DNA from: an uncultured delta proteobacterium
GTDB taxonomy: Bacteria > Desulfobacterota > Binatia > Binatales > Binataceae
Direction: 5' to 3'
Length of the DNA: 64,000 nucleotides
Assembly: GCA_963711565.1 (NCBI GenBank)
Contig: CAVQEQ010000003.1
Location: 832,001-896,000 of the forward strand
Within the stretch, counting starts at the first letter, position 1. Each line of letters starts with the position of its first letter. A program made the translations under genes and the position numbers. The notes beneath the pieces were generated by a model. The model did no database searches and was not told the DNA's origin. It saw nothing but the letters and a program-made list of their open reading frames with translations. Below, in pieces: positions 50,271 to 59,147 of this stretch.

Positions 50271-51449
50271 TTACCGGCTCGCCACCGTAGTCATCTCGCC
50301 CATCCGCGCCACCAGATACTCCGGCTGCCCATCATGCCATACGCGGAATTGCACGCGCTGGCCGGGGGAATACTGTGCGACAAGTTCGTCCAACGACTTG
50401 CCGTCGGGAACCGTACTGCCGCCGAACTCGCTGATCACGTCGCCCGCCCTGATTCCCGCTTTGTCCGCCGGCGACCCAATCAGCACCGCCTTCACCTTCG
50501 CTCCCCAAACCGCGGGCGCCGACGCCGTCGTCACGCCAAAAAATGCCGGCCCCTGCGCCTGCCGCACATCGGGATGCAGAAAATGAACCCGATTCACGCC
50601 GTTCACAGTGTGCACGATTTGCGAGATCTTGCGCGCCTCATCCAGGCTATAGACTTCGCCCGCCAGGTACGCGTCGCCATGCTTTGACACGGACACGCCG
50701 ATATCGGTAAACGCGCGCAGCTTGAGCGTATCCTTAATCCGCGCCTCCAACACGTCAGGCTTGACGATGTGCGGCGCCGCTTGAGCGTCGTTGTCCGGGA
50801 CGATCACCAATGTCGAGATCAGGTCGTCCGCCACGCTCATCAGCGAAGAGGCCTTCAGCGCCGGCGTCGGGATACTCTGCGCCATCAACAAGGGCGGATG
50901 GTTGTTGACGATCGGTACGCGCATCACGAGGACCGCCACCAGCACCATCAAGCCGGTGCCCATCGCGGTGAACGCGTAGTCGCGCACCAGCGCACGACGA
51001 CTCGCCGCGAGCGGCACGACGTCTATCTCGCTGGCTTCATCTCCGTCTTCTTCGGTCGCGGCACTCTCGAGCGTCGTCTCCTCGGGAAAATCTTCGTCGT
51101 ATGCTTGCTCGGCGGCCGCGATACGCTCGAGTTCTTCGAGTGTGCGCGGAATGCCGTCGATCAGCGCGACGATATCTTCGCCCGCCGGCATCGCGGCGTT
51201 CGCTTCGTCGCGCTGAGCGGAAACACTCGCGCTCGCGCTGTCATCTGCCGAATCGAGATCGCTTGTCGTCGTTCCTTCGCCCTCACGTTTGGCCGCGGTC
51301 GAAAAATCAACGTGATGGACGTTGGACTCCGCTCCAGTCTCGCCCCAAGTTTGTCCGCCAGCTTCACCCCGCTTGCGCTTGAAACGCCTGAGCGCTTCTT
51401 CCAGCGTCAAGATGGTGTCCGTTGGCTGGCCGCCTCCGTTCCTGCTCAT
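50271..51449 (-). CDS. Membrane-anchored BON + PDZ domain protein
   Basis: Acidic N-terminus, one TM, BON-like (G..YLAGEV...VNGVNRV), PDZ (GSPADKAGIRAGDVI); SD AGGAGG. Confidence 0.75.
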   Translation of the reverse strand: MSRNGGGQPTDTILTLEEALRRFKRKRGEAGGQTWGETGAESNVHHVDFSTAAKREGEGTTTSDLDSADDSASASVSAQRDEANAAMPAGEDIVALIDGIPRTLEELERIAAAEQAYDEDFPEETTLESAATEEDGDEASEIDVVPLAASRRALVRDYAFTAMGTGLMVLVAVLVMRVPIVNNHPPLLMAQSIPTPALKASSLMSVADDLISTLVIVPDNDAQAAPHIVKPDVLEARIKDTLKLRAFTDIGVSVSKHGDAYLAGEVYSLDEARKISQIVHTVNGVNRVHFLHPDVRQAQGPAFFGVTTASAPAVWGAKVKAVLIGSPADKAGIRAGDVISEFGGSTVPDGKSLDELVAQYSPGQRVQFRVWHDGQPEYLVARMGEMTTVASR

Positions 51450-51598
51450 CGCAGCACCGCCTCCTTGTCGATTTGGCACTCCTGAAGTTGATCGAAGTGT
51501 CACACTACAGATAGCAGGGATTTGCGACCTAAGCCAACCATGGATCGCGTTGCTGTCAACCGCCACAGCCAGGCGCTGCTGGAATTATCTAACTACCG

Positions 51599-52930
51599 TT
51601 AGATAGCTTCGCTCACCGCGTCTTCGCGCTGCGACGGCTTGGGCCGCGTCGCGATCGCCGTGTAATGCCGCATCGACTCGCCGACGTACACCTGCCGCGG
51701 CCGCGCGATCTTCTGCTCCGTATCGCGCACCATCTCCGCCCATTGCGCCATCCAGCCCAACGTCCGCGGTATCGCGAACAGCACAGGGAACATCGTCATC
51801 GGGAACCCCATCGCCTGGTAGATAATCCCCGAATAGAAATCCACGTTCGGATACAGCTTGTGCGAGATGAAATAGTCGTCCTGCAGCGCGATTCGCTCCA
51901 GCTCGATCGCAATATCGATCAGCGGATTGCGCCCCGTCACCGCGAACACCTGCGCCGCCATCTCCTTCAGAATCTTCGCCCGCGGATCGTAGTTCTTGTA
52001 CACCCGATGCCCAAAGCCCATCAGCTTGCGCTCGCCCTCCTTCACCTTCCTGATCATCGCCGGCACATTCGCCACCGACCCGATTTCCATCAGCATCCGG
52101 ATCGCCGCCTCGTTCGCGCCGCCGTGCAGCGGGCCGTACAGCGCCGCGATCGCCGCGGCCGCGCATGCGTACGGATCGGGCTGCGAGCTGCCCACCGCGC
52201 GCATCGCATTAGTCGAGCAGTTCTGCTCGTGGTCCGCGTGCAGGATAAACAGCACGTCGAGCGCGCGCTCGAGCACCGGGTTCGGCTTGTACTTGAGCTC
52301 GGTCATCTTGAACAGCATCGACAGCAGATTCCCGGTGTAACTGAGATCGTTGTCCGGATAGACATACGGGAGTCCCCTCGTATGCCGAAAGGCGAACGCC
52401 GCCAGCGTCGGTATTTTGCCGATCATCCGCCGCGTTTGCAGGCGGCGCGATTCGAGATCGTGAATATCGTTCGCATCGGGATAAAAGGTCGACAGCGCGC
52501 CGACCGTGCCGACCAGCATTCCCATCGGATGCGCGTCGTAGCGGTATCCCTCCATGAACTTCTTGATATTCTCATGCACCATCGTGTGAATCTTGATGTT
52601 GTTTTCCCAGCGCGCGTAATGCTCCCGGTCGGGCAGCTCGCCCTTCACGATCAGGTACGCAACCTCGAGGTAGTTGCTCTTCTCGGCCAGCTCCTCGATC
52701 GGATATCCGCGGTAGCGCAGGATTCCCTTGTCGCCGTCGATAAACGTGATCCGACTGCGACACGACGCCGTATTAGTGAACGCCGGATCGTAAGACATGA
52801 GCCCAAAATCATCCTTGCCGACTTTGATCTGCCGCAAATCCGCTGCCCGAATCACGTCGCCCTCTTCGATCGGCAGCTCATATTTCTTCCCGGTCCGATT
52901 ATCAGTAACCGTCAGCGTATTATTAGCCAT
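51599..52930 (-). CDS. gltA: Citrate synthase
   Basis: IDGDKGILRYRGY, HADHEQNCST, GPLHGGANE, MGFGHRVYK, YPNVDFYSG. Confidence 0.97.
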   Translation of the reverse strand: MANNTLTVTDNRTGKKYELPIEEGDVIRAADLRQIKVGKDDFGLMSYDPAFTNTASCRSRITFIDGDKGILRYRGYPIEELAEKSNYLEVAYLIVKGELPDREHYARWENNIKIHTMVHENIKKFMEGYRYDAHPMGMLVGTVGALSTFYPDANDIHDLESRRLQTRRMIGKIPTLAAFAFRHTRGLPYVYPDNDLSYTGNLLSMLFKMTELKYKPNPVLERALDVLFILHADHEQNCSTNAMRAVGSSQPDPYACAAAAIAALYGPLHGGANEAAIRMLMEIGSVANVPAMIRKVKEGERKLMGFGHRVYKNYDPRAKILKEMAAQVFAVTGRNPLIDIAIELERIALQDDYFISHKLYPNVDFYSGIIYQAMGFPMTMFPVLFAIPRTLGWMAQWAEMVRDTEQKIARPRQVYVGESMRHYTAIATRPKPSQREDAVSEAI

Positions 52931-53161
52931 CGACGATGCCTCGATTTGTCCGTGACGTTTGGCCGTTCAACATAAATACAGTTTGCGAATACAGTATGCG
53001 GCAACTGTAATTCTATGTCCAAGCCCAAGATCAGTTTTCCGCACCTCCAGTTCGCCTGCCACTCCCTCTCCATCTTGTCCTCTTCCCTCGGAAATGTTTC
53101 CGGGTAACCTTGGGTGCCCCTAACGATCTGGAGATCTGCCACCGTCACCGGAGACTGCCCT

Positions 53162-54037
53162 GTGACCAACACCTACACTCTGACCGCTGAACAGCGCGAC
53201 ACGTTCAAGCGATCCGGCATCTTGCGGCTCGATGGCCTCTTGCCGGCGCAGCGCGTGCGCCACGCGCGCGAAGCAGTGTTGCGGCCTCTTGAGCGGCTGG
53301 GACTTTGGCAGGCCGGTGCTTGGCGCCTCGACGCTATGCCCCGACCGCAATGGCCGGACACGGGACTGAAAACGTCCCAAGTTATCGGCAACCGGCATCC
53401 CGAGCTGGCGGCGCTGGTCGAGGATTCCGCCCTCGCGGCCGCCGTCGATGCGCTGCTCGAGGGACACCCATACGAGCGGCCCGGACCCAACCGGCGTCCC
53501 CAGGTGCTCTTCACCTTGCCGAACGCACAGACGTGGACCGTTCCATCCGGCTGGCATTCTGACCGTCCGCGGCTGGCGAGCGGCCAAAGCGCCGGCGTGC
53601 AGTTGTTCGCCTTCCTCGATGTGGTCGAAGCGCGCGGCGGCGGCACCTTGGCCATCGCAGGTTCGCATCACCTGCTGAATGAGGGGCGAGCGATCAGACC
53701 TTCGCAGTTCGGGAGGCTCCTTCGCCCCAAGCCGTTCTTCGCCGACCTGATGGTCGCGGACACGGCGGCGGACAGTCTGCAGCGCCGCGCGGACCTGCTT
53801 CAGCGGACCGGCGCTGTCGGCAATGTGCAGCTGCAGATCGTGGAGATGACCGGCGCTCCGGGCAACGTCTGGCTGATGGACTTGCGTGTGCTGCACGTGG
53901 GCAGCCCCAACGCCGCGGACCGCCCGCGCATGATGCTCACCTTTCGCTACGAGCGCTCAGACCTCTTGCCCGAAGTAGCAAGCGCCTTCGGCTGGCGCCG
54001 AGCTGCGATTCCCAACTCAGCCCGCAACCTCGCCTAA
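53162..54037 (+). CDS. Phytanoyl-CoA dioxygenase (PhyH) family protein
   Basis: WHSD, GGT....GSH, G.PG.V...D..VLH, R.M; SD GGAG. Confidence 0.8.
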   Translation: MTNTYTLTAEQRDTFKRSGILRLDGLLPAQRVRHAREAVLRPLERLGLWQAGAWRLDAMPRPQWPDTGLKTSQVIGNRHPELAALVEDSALAAAVDALLEGHPYERPGPNRRPQVLFTLPNAQTWTVPSGWHSDRPRLASGQSAGVQLFAFLDVVEARGGGTLAIAGSHHLLNEGRAIRPSQFGRLLRPKPFFADLMVADTAADSLQRRADLLQRTGAVGNVQLQIVEMTGAPGNVWLMDLRVLHVGSPNAADRPRMMLTFRYERSDLLPEVASAFGWRRAAIPNSARNLA

Positions 54038-54217
54038 ATCGCGTCGAGCCGAACCTTCATCCAGCACCAGATAACCGATCTGGTTATCTCGAAATCCTCA
54101 CAATGCGGCCGGCCGCCTCGCCCGTTAACGGCCAGAGTCGGCCCCGAGCTAGGCCGCTCAAACGACACAAGAGACAGCTGGGATTCTTCGCTTCGCTCTA
54201 GAATGACACAGGGAAGA

Positions 54218-54317
54218 GAACCTGAGAGCGAAAAGTTGTCCTCAACATTTCGCGCTTCCACTGGGTGCAGGGGTCACCCCCTGCCGAAGGAAGCGTGAAA
54301 CCCACCGCGGGTTTCAC
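54218..54317 (+). repeat. Tri-hairpin dispersed element, copy 4
   Basis: GAACCTGAGAGC + hairpin + core (one extra C) + GTGAAACCC/GGGTTTCAC. Confidence 0.9.
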
Positions 54318-54402
54318 TGCGATCACGCCCCCTGCTCGCAACCGGCGCCGCGGCATGCCACTCTGTCCGCTTGCGCTTTCACCATAAAAGCGCAGCGAAC
54401 CT

Positions 54403-55038
54403 ATGATCGATAAACTTATCTCCGGCGTATCCGCTTTCATCGTCGCGACGATTTCCGCTCTCGGCTACGGCGGCGTCGTCCTGATGATGGCGATCGAAAG
54501 CGCATGCATCCCGCTGCCCTCCGAAATCATCATGCCGTTCTCCGGCTACCTGGTCGCGACCGGCCGCTTCGATCTGTACCTGGTCGCGCTGGCCGGCGCC
54601 GTCGGATGCCTGCTCGGCTCGTACGTCGCGTACTTCGTCGGCCAGTACGGTGGCCGCCCGTTCATCGAGCGCTACGGCAAGTACGTCCTCATCGCGGAGC
54701 ACGAGCTCGAAATCGCCGACCGCTTCTTCGACCGCTGGGGTTCGCACACCGTCTTCTGGAGCCGGATGCTGCCGATGATCCGCACGTTCATCGCGTTTCC
54801 CGCCGGCGTGTCGCGGATGCGGCTCCTGCCGTTCACCATATACACGCTGCTCGGCTCATATATATGGTGCCTCGCGCTGGCGTACGGCGGGATGAAGCTC
54901 GGGCAGCACTGGAAGGATCTCGCGCCCTACTTTCATCGCTTTGACGCGTTGATCGCGATACTGTTTGTAGTCGGCGTCGCCGCCCTCATCTACAATCGGG
55001 TGAGGGGAATGACGTCGTCATCGCCCGCCGCCAACTGA
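54403..55038 (+). CDS. DedA family membrane protein
   Basis: IESACIPLPSEIIMPFSG, GGRP, R..P.IRTFI.FPAG. Confidence 0.92.
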   Translation: MIDKLISGVSAFIVATISALGYGGVVLMMAIESACIPLPSEIIMPFSGYLVATGRFDLYLVALAGAVGCLLGSYVAYFVGQYGGRPFIERYGKYVLIAEHELEIADRFFDRWGSHTVFWSRMLPMIRTFIAFPAGVSRMRLLPFTIYTLLGSYIWCLALAYGGMKLGQHWKDLAPYFHRFDALIAILFVVGVAALIYNRVRGMTSSSPAAN

Positions 55039-55062
55039 GCGCCTCGCGATCGAAAGGAACCA

Positions 55063-55308
55063 ATGGCCGACAAAGAAATTCCCGACCCTTCCGAGCTCGA
55101 GGAAATTTTCACCAGCATCGATCCGACCCCGATCCGAATGGCGCGCGATTACCTCAACGTCGCCGGCATCGAGTCGTTCGTCTTCGATGCGGGCTCGTCG
55201 CGGATGCTCGGCACGACGGCCGCCGTGCCGACGCGCCTGATGGTTCATCGCGACGCCGCCAAGGACGCGCGCGACCGCCTGAACGATCTCGGCTTCACCG
55301 AAAAGTGA
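55063..55308 (+). CDS. DUF2007-like small protein
   Basis: L..AGIESFV.D...RLMV...A..AR..L. Confidence 0.7.
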   Translation: MADKEIPDPSELEEIFTSIDPTPIRMARDYLNVAGIESFVFDAGSSRMLGTTAAVPTRLMVHRDAAKDARDRLNDLGFTEK

Positions 55309-55439
55309 TCTTCCAGAATCCCGATCCCGACAAACTGATCCATATCTACGCGCACTTCGACGCTACGCTGATCCCAATCGCACGACGCTCGTCTCTCCGG
55401 GTTTCTTGACTGTGTACATATTTGTGGATACAACTCTTG

Positions 55440-55709
55440 ATGGACTTCGAGTGGGATGAAAATAAGCGCACGATGAATTTGCGCGTGCACGGCCTCGATT
55501 TGATGGACGCGACACGGTTGTTCGATGGTCGGCCGGTATACGCGTACCCATCCCCCAGGCATGGAGAAGAACGCTTCGTAACTGTGGGCTGGTTGGCCGG
55601 AAAATTCTTCGCTGTCGTGTGGACCGAACGCTCGAAGGCCATACGGCTTATCTCGTTCAGGAGGGCAAGAGATGCGGAAGAACGAAAATATTTCGCGCTT
55701 TTCGGCTGA
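55440..55709 (+). CDS. brnT: BrnT family toxin
   Basis: FEWDENK...N...HG, GEERF..VG, VV.T.R...RLIS.R.A...E. Confidence 0.9.
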   Translation: MDFEWDENKRTMNLRVHGLDLMDATRLFDGRPVYAYPSPRHGEERFVTVGWLAGKFFAVVWTERSKAIRLISFRRARDAEERKYFALFG

Positions 55710-56022
55710 CACGATCAAACGAAAACTTGCGCACGGCGAGAGCAGGAGCGACTGGAAGCGGGTCAAGGCCATGTCGCGCGCGGAACTCGAACGGCTGGCG
55801 GACAGGGACGAAGGGCCTCTGCCCGACGACTGGGAGAGCGGGGTGACGGTTGGCTTGCCGCCGGCAAAGCAGGACATTCACATCCGCCTGGATGGCAACG
55901 TCCTTGAATGGTTCAAGGCGCACGGCAGAGGCTACCAGACGCGCATCAATGCCGTGCTTCGTGCCTTCGTTCAGACGCGAGAACGCGTCAACCGCAAGAG
56001 CGTCCGAAATAGCGCACGGTGA
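55672..56022 (+). CDS. brnA: BrnA family antitoxin
   Basis: IRLD..VLEWFK..G.GYQTRINAVLR; overlaps brnT. Confidence 0.9.
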   Translation: MRKNENISRFSADTIKRKLAHGESRSDWKRVKAMSRAELERLADRDEGPLPDDWESGVTVGLPPAKQDIHIRLDGNVLEWFKAHGRGYQTRINAVLRAFVQTRERVNRKSVRNSAR

Positions 56023-56147
56023 AACGAGAACCAATATCCTCCCCCTGCTGAACTGCCTCTGTACGCCACCCTCGTCGTCCATTATCTTGAAGCCGAAACG
56101 CGCAGGCGCGATGCCGCGCGAATTCATCGAGCACCGAGGTTATCGCG

Positions 56148-57308
56148 ATGCCTTACGCCGAAGGTCGTATCTTCAACGACGCCGACAGCCACATCATGGA
56201 GACGCGCGACTGGCTGATCTCTCACGCTGACCCCGACATCCGCACCAAGCTGCATCCGCTCGCAATCGGCTCGGGTGGCAGGTTGGTCGATAGGGCGGTC
56301 GCACATGCCGACGAACGCCACAAGAATCCGGCCGCCGTCGCCGACGCGGAACAGAACCTGATGCTGCGCAAGGGATGGGAAGCGCTCGGCGCATTCGATC
56401 CCGACGAGCGGCGGCGCGCGCTCGACCTGCTCGGCTTCAGCTCGCAGTTGGTCTTCACTACTTTCGCGATCACGCATTTCTGGGGCGAGTTCGAGCAGGT
56501 TCGCTCGACGCCCGAAGTCCTTTACGGCGGCACGCGCGCGCACAATCGCGCCATCGCCGATTTCTGCCGCGGCGACAAGCGGCTGCTCGCGGTCGGCTTC
56601 GTGCCGCTCGACATTCCCGAACTCGCCGAAAAGGAAATCGACGAGGCGGTTCGACTGGGATGCGCCGCGATTCATATCCCGTCGCTGCCGCCCGCGAAAA
56701 AATCTCCGACGCATCCCGACTTCAACGGCGTGTGGGCGCGCCTGCAGGACGCCGACGTTCCCTTCATGCTGCACGTGGGCGGCGGCGGCCGCGCGATCCC
56801 GCGCGCATTTCACAACAACGATCGCCCGGTGACCGACTTCCTCGGCGGCGGCGAAAACATCCGCTCGAAGGATTTCATGGCGATCCACATGATGCCGGAA
56901 ATTTTTCTCTCGACGATGGTGTTCGACGGCATCTTCGAGCAGTTCCCGCGGCTGCGCGGCGGATGTATCGAGCAAGGCGCGATGTGGATCGTGCCGTGGC
57001 TGCGCCGCCTCGACATCTCGCAGGAGACGTTCGTGAAGTCGGAAAAATATTTGAGCCTGCCGATGAAGGCGTCCGACTACGTGCGCCGCAACCTGCGCTT
57101 CACGCCGTATCCGCATGAACCGGTGGGATGGATCGTCGAGCAGGCCGGCCCGGAGCTGTGCATGTTCTCCTCGGACTACCCGCACATCGAGGGCGGGCGC
57201 AATCCGCTGAAGCGCTTCGAGCTGTCAACGCCGAATCTGTCGGAGACCGCGCGGGAGAAGTTCTACGCCACGAACTACGCGGACATGATGGGCTCGCGCG
57301 CCGCCTGA
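56148..57308 (+). CDS. Amidohydrolase_2 family protein
   Basis: DADSH, MLH, IE.GA.W, FSSDYPH.EG. Confidence 0.88.
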   Translation: MPYAEGRIFNDADSHIMETRDWLISHADPDIRTKLHPLAIGSGGRLVDRAVAHADERHKNPAAVADAEQNLMLRKGWEALGAFDPDERRRALDLLGFSSQLVFTTFAITHFWGEFEQVRSTPEVLYGGTRAHNRAIADFCRGDKRLLAVGFVPLDIPELAEKEIDEAVRLGCAAIHIPSLPPAKKSPTHPDFNGVWARLQDADVPFMLHVGGGGRAIPRAFHNNDRPVTDFLGGGENIRSKDFMAIHMMPEIFLSTMVFDGIFEQFPRLRGGCIEQGAMWIVPWLRRLDISQETFVKSEKYLSLPMKASDYVRRNLRFTPYPHEPVGWIVEQAGPELCMFSSDYPHIEGGRNPLKRFELSTPNLSETAREKFYATNYADMMGSRAA

Positions 57309-57316
57309 TCGACGCG

Positions 57317-58885
57317 ATGGCTCTACAGTGGTGGCAGCGCGCCGTCTTCTATCAGATCTATCCGCGCTCGTTTGCCGATTCTAACGGCGACGGCATCGGC
57401 GACCTCGACGGCGTCACCACGCATCTCGACTACCTCCAGTCGCTGGGCATCGACGCCATCTGGCTGAACCCGATCAACCCGTCGCCGCTCGACGATTGGG
57501 GCTACGATATCAGCGACTACCGCGGGATTCATCCGGACCTTGGCGATCTCGCCGCGTTCGATCGTCTTCTGGCGGAAGCGCATCGCCGCGGCATCCGCGT
57601 GATCGTCGATCTGGTGCCCAACCATACTTCGAATCAGCATCCGTGGTTCATCGAGTCGCAATCGTCGCACACGAATCCAAAGCGCGACTGGTACATCTGG
57701 ATTCCCGGCACGCACGATCGTCCGCCGACCAACTGGGAGAGCTACTTCGGCGGCGGTACGTGGAAGTATGAGCCCTCTACTGCGGCGTGGTACCTGCACA
57801 TGTTCCTCGAGCAGCAGCCCGACCTGAATTTTCGAAACCCGGAGGTGGTCGAGGCGATTCACGGCGTCATCCGCTTCTGGCTCGAGCGCGGCGCCGACGG
57901 TTTTCGCATCGACGTGGTGCAGGGGATGATCAAGGACGATCAGCTTCGCGACAATCCGGTTCGCGTCACGCGCGACCCCGATATCCCGTGGTACGCCGAG
58001 GGCTCGCAGGACCCGCTCTACAGTTCGGACCGGCCCGAGATTCACGAAATCATTCGCGGGTTCCGCCGCGTCTCGGACAGTTACGACGATCGGATGCTGG
58101 TAGGCGAGACCTGGCCGCGCGAGCAGGAACGGCTGGCCGACTACATCCGGCCCGACGAGCTGCAGCTCGCGTTCAATTTCCGCTTCCTTCTCGCGCGCTA
58201 CGACGCGCACCGCTTCCGCGCGGCAATCGAGCTGACTGAAAAATCATTTGGACCCGGCGCGTGGCCGACCTGGACGCTGTCGAATCACGACTTCCCGCGC
58301 CACATCACGCGTTACGCTCGCGGTGGCGACGCCGACGCGCGCGCACGCGTCGCGGCGGTGATGCTGCTGGCGCTGCGCGGCACTCCGTTCATTTACTACG
58401 GCGAAGAAATCGGGATGCGCGATGCGGAAGTCCCGGCGGGCAGCAAACGCGATCCGGTGGGACGCGACGGCTGCCGCTCGCCGATGCAATGGTCCGACGC
58501 GCGCAACGGCGGATTTTCCGCGAGCGAGAAAACGTGGCTGCCATGCGGAGACTTCAAGACCGTCAACGTCGCGCGGCAGTTGAATGATCCGCACTCGATG
58601 CTCTCGCTGTATCGGCGGCTGATCCAACTCCGCAAATCGACGCCGGCGCTGCTCGAAGGAAGTTATCGCGCCTTCGAGGGCGCGCCCGAAGATTGTCTCG
58701 TGTTCCATCGCGACACGCCCGCGCAGCATATTGTCGTCGCGCTGAACTTCACCGCCGACCCGCGCCAGATCGATTTGCCCGCCGGCACAATTCTGCTGAG
58801 TACGGTTTCCCGCAGCTCGTATCTAACGAAATCGTCGCTGACGCTAGCGCCAAACGAAGCCGTGATTGTGATGCTCGATGTCTGA
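57317..58885 (+). CDS. GH13 alpha-glucosidase
   Basis: YQIYPRSFADSNGDGIGDL, DLVPNHTS, QPDLN, DGFRIDV, SNHD, YYGEEIGM, RDGCRSPMQW. Confidence 0.93.
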   Translation: MALQWWQRAVFYQIYPRSFADSNGDGIGDLDGVTTHLDYLQSLGIDAIWLNPINPSPLDDWGYDISDYRGIHPDLGDLAAFDRLLAEAHRRGIRVIVDLVPNHTSNQHPWFIESQSSHTNPKRDWYIWIPGTHDRPPTNWESYFGGGTWKYEPSTAAWYLHMFLEQQPDLNFRNPEVVEAIHGVIRFWLERGADGFRIDVVQGMIKDDQLRDNPVRVTRDPDIPWYAEGSQDPLYSSDRPEIHEIIRGFRRVSDSYDDRMLVGETWPREQERLADYIRPDELQLAFNFRFLLARYDAHRFRAAIELTEKSFGPGAWPTWTLSNHDFPRHITRYARGGDADARARVAAVMLLALRGTPFIYYGEEIGMRDAEVPAGSKRDPVGRDGCRSPMQWSDARNGGFSASEKTWLPCGDFKTVNVARQLNDPHSMLSLYRRLIQLRKSTPALLEGSYRAFEGAPEDCLVFHRDTPAQHIVVALNFTADPRQIDLPAGTILLSTVSRSSYLTKSSLTLAPNEAVIVMLDV

Positions 58886-59001
58886 CAGTGGGTCATTTCA
58901 GCAACTAAGGTCCTCCACCCGCCGCTCTGGGAAGAGCGTCGGCCTCCCCCAACGAAAGGGGGAGGCGAAGATTCGATTCTCTCCGCATTGACACAGCGCT
59001 C

Positions 59002-59083
59002 GCGCAAAAGGCTGCCCCAGCATTTTGCGCTTCGCCGGGTGCAGGGGTCACCCCTGCCGCGGGCGCGGGGCGCGCAGCCCCGC
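59002..59083 (+). repeat. Tri-hairpin dispersed element, copy 5 (divergent)
   Basis: GCGCAAAA..TTTTGCGC hairpin + core + GCGGGGC/GCCCCGC. Confidence 0.8.
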
Positions 59084-59147
59084 ATTCAAATTCCTCGCTG
59101 CTCTTTCCCGTTTGCGTGCGGGCGACGCGGTTCATAACATCACCGCC

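Noticed and set aside
52970-53010. Direct repeat AATACAGTWTGCG x2 upstream of gltA
   Set aside because: Could be a regulator site but is too short to assign or to distinguish from chance.
55440-56022. BrnT/BrnA as a novel system
   Set aside because: Well-described type II toxin-antitoxin pair.
7209-59083. Dispersed repeats as a CRISPR array or integron attC sites
   Set aside because: No regular repeat-spacer period, no cas or integrase gene, and no GTTRRRY/RYYYAAC boundaries.
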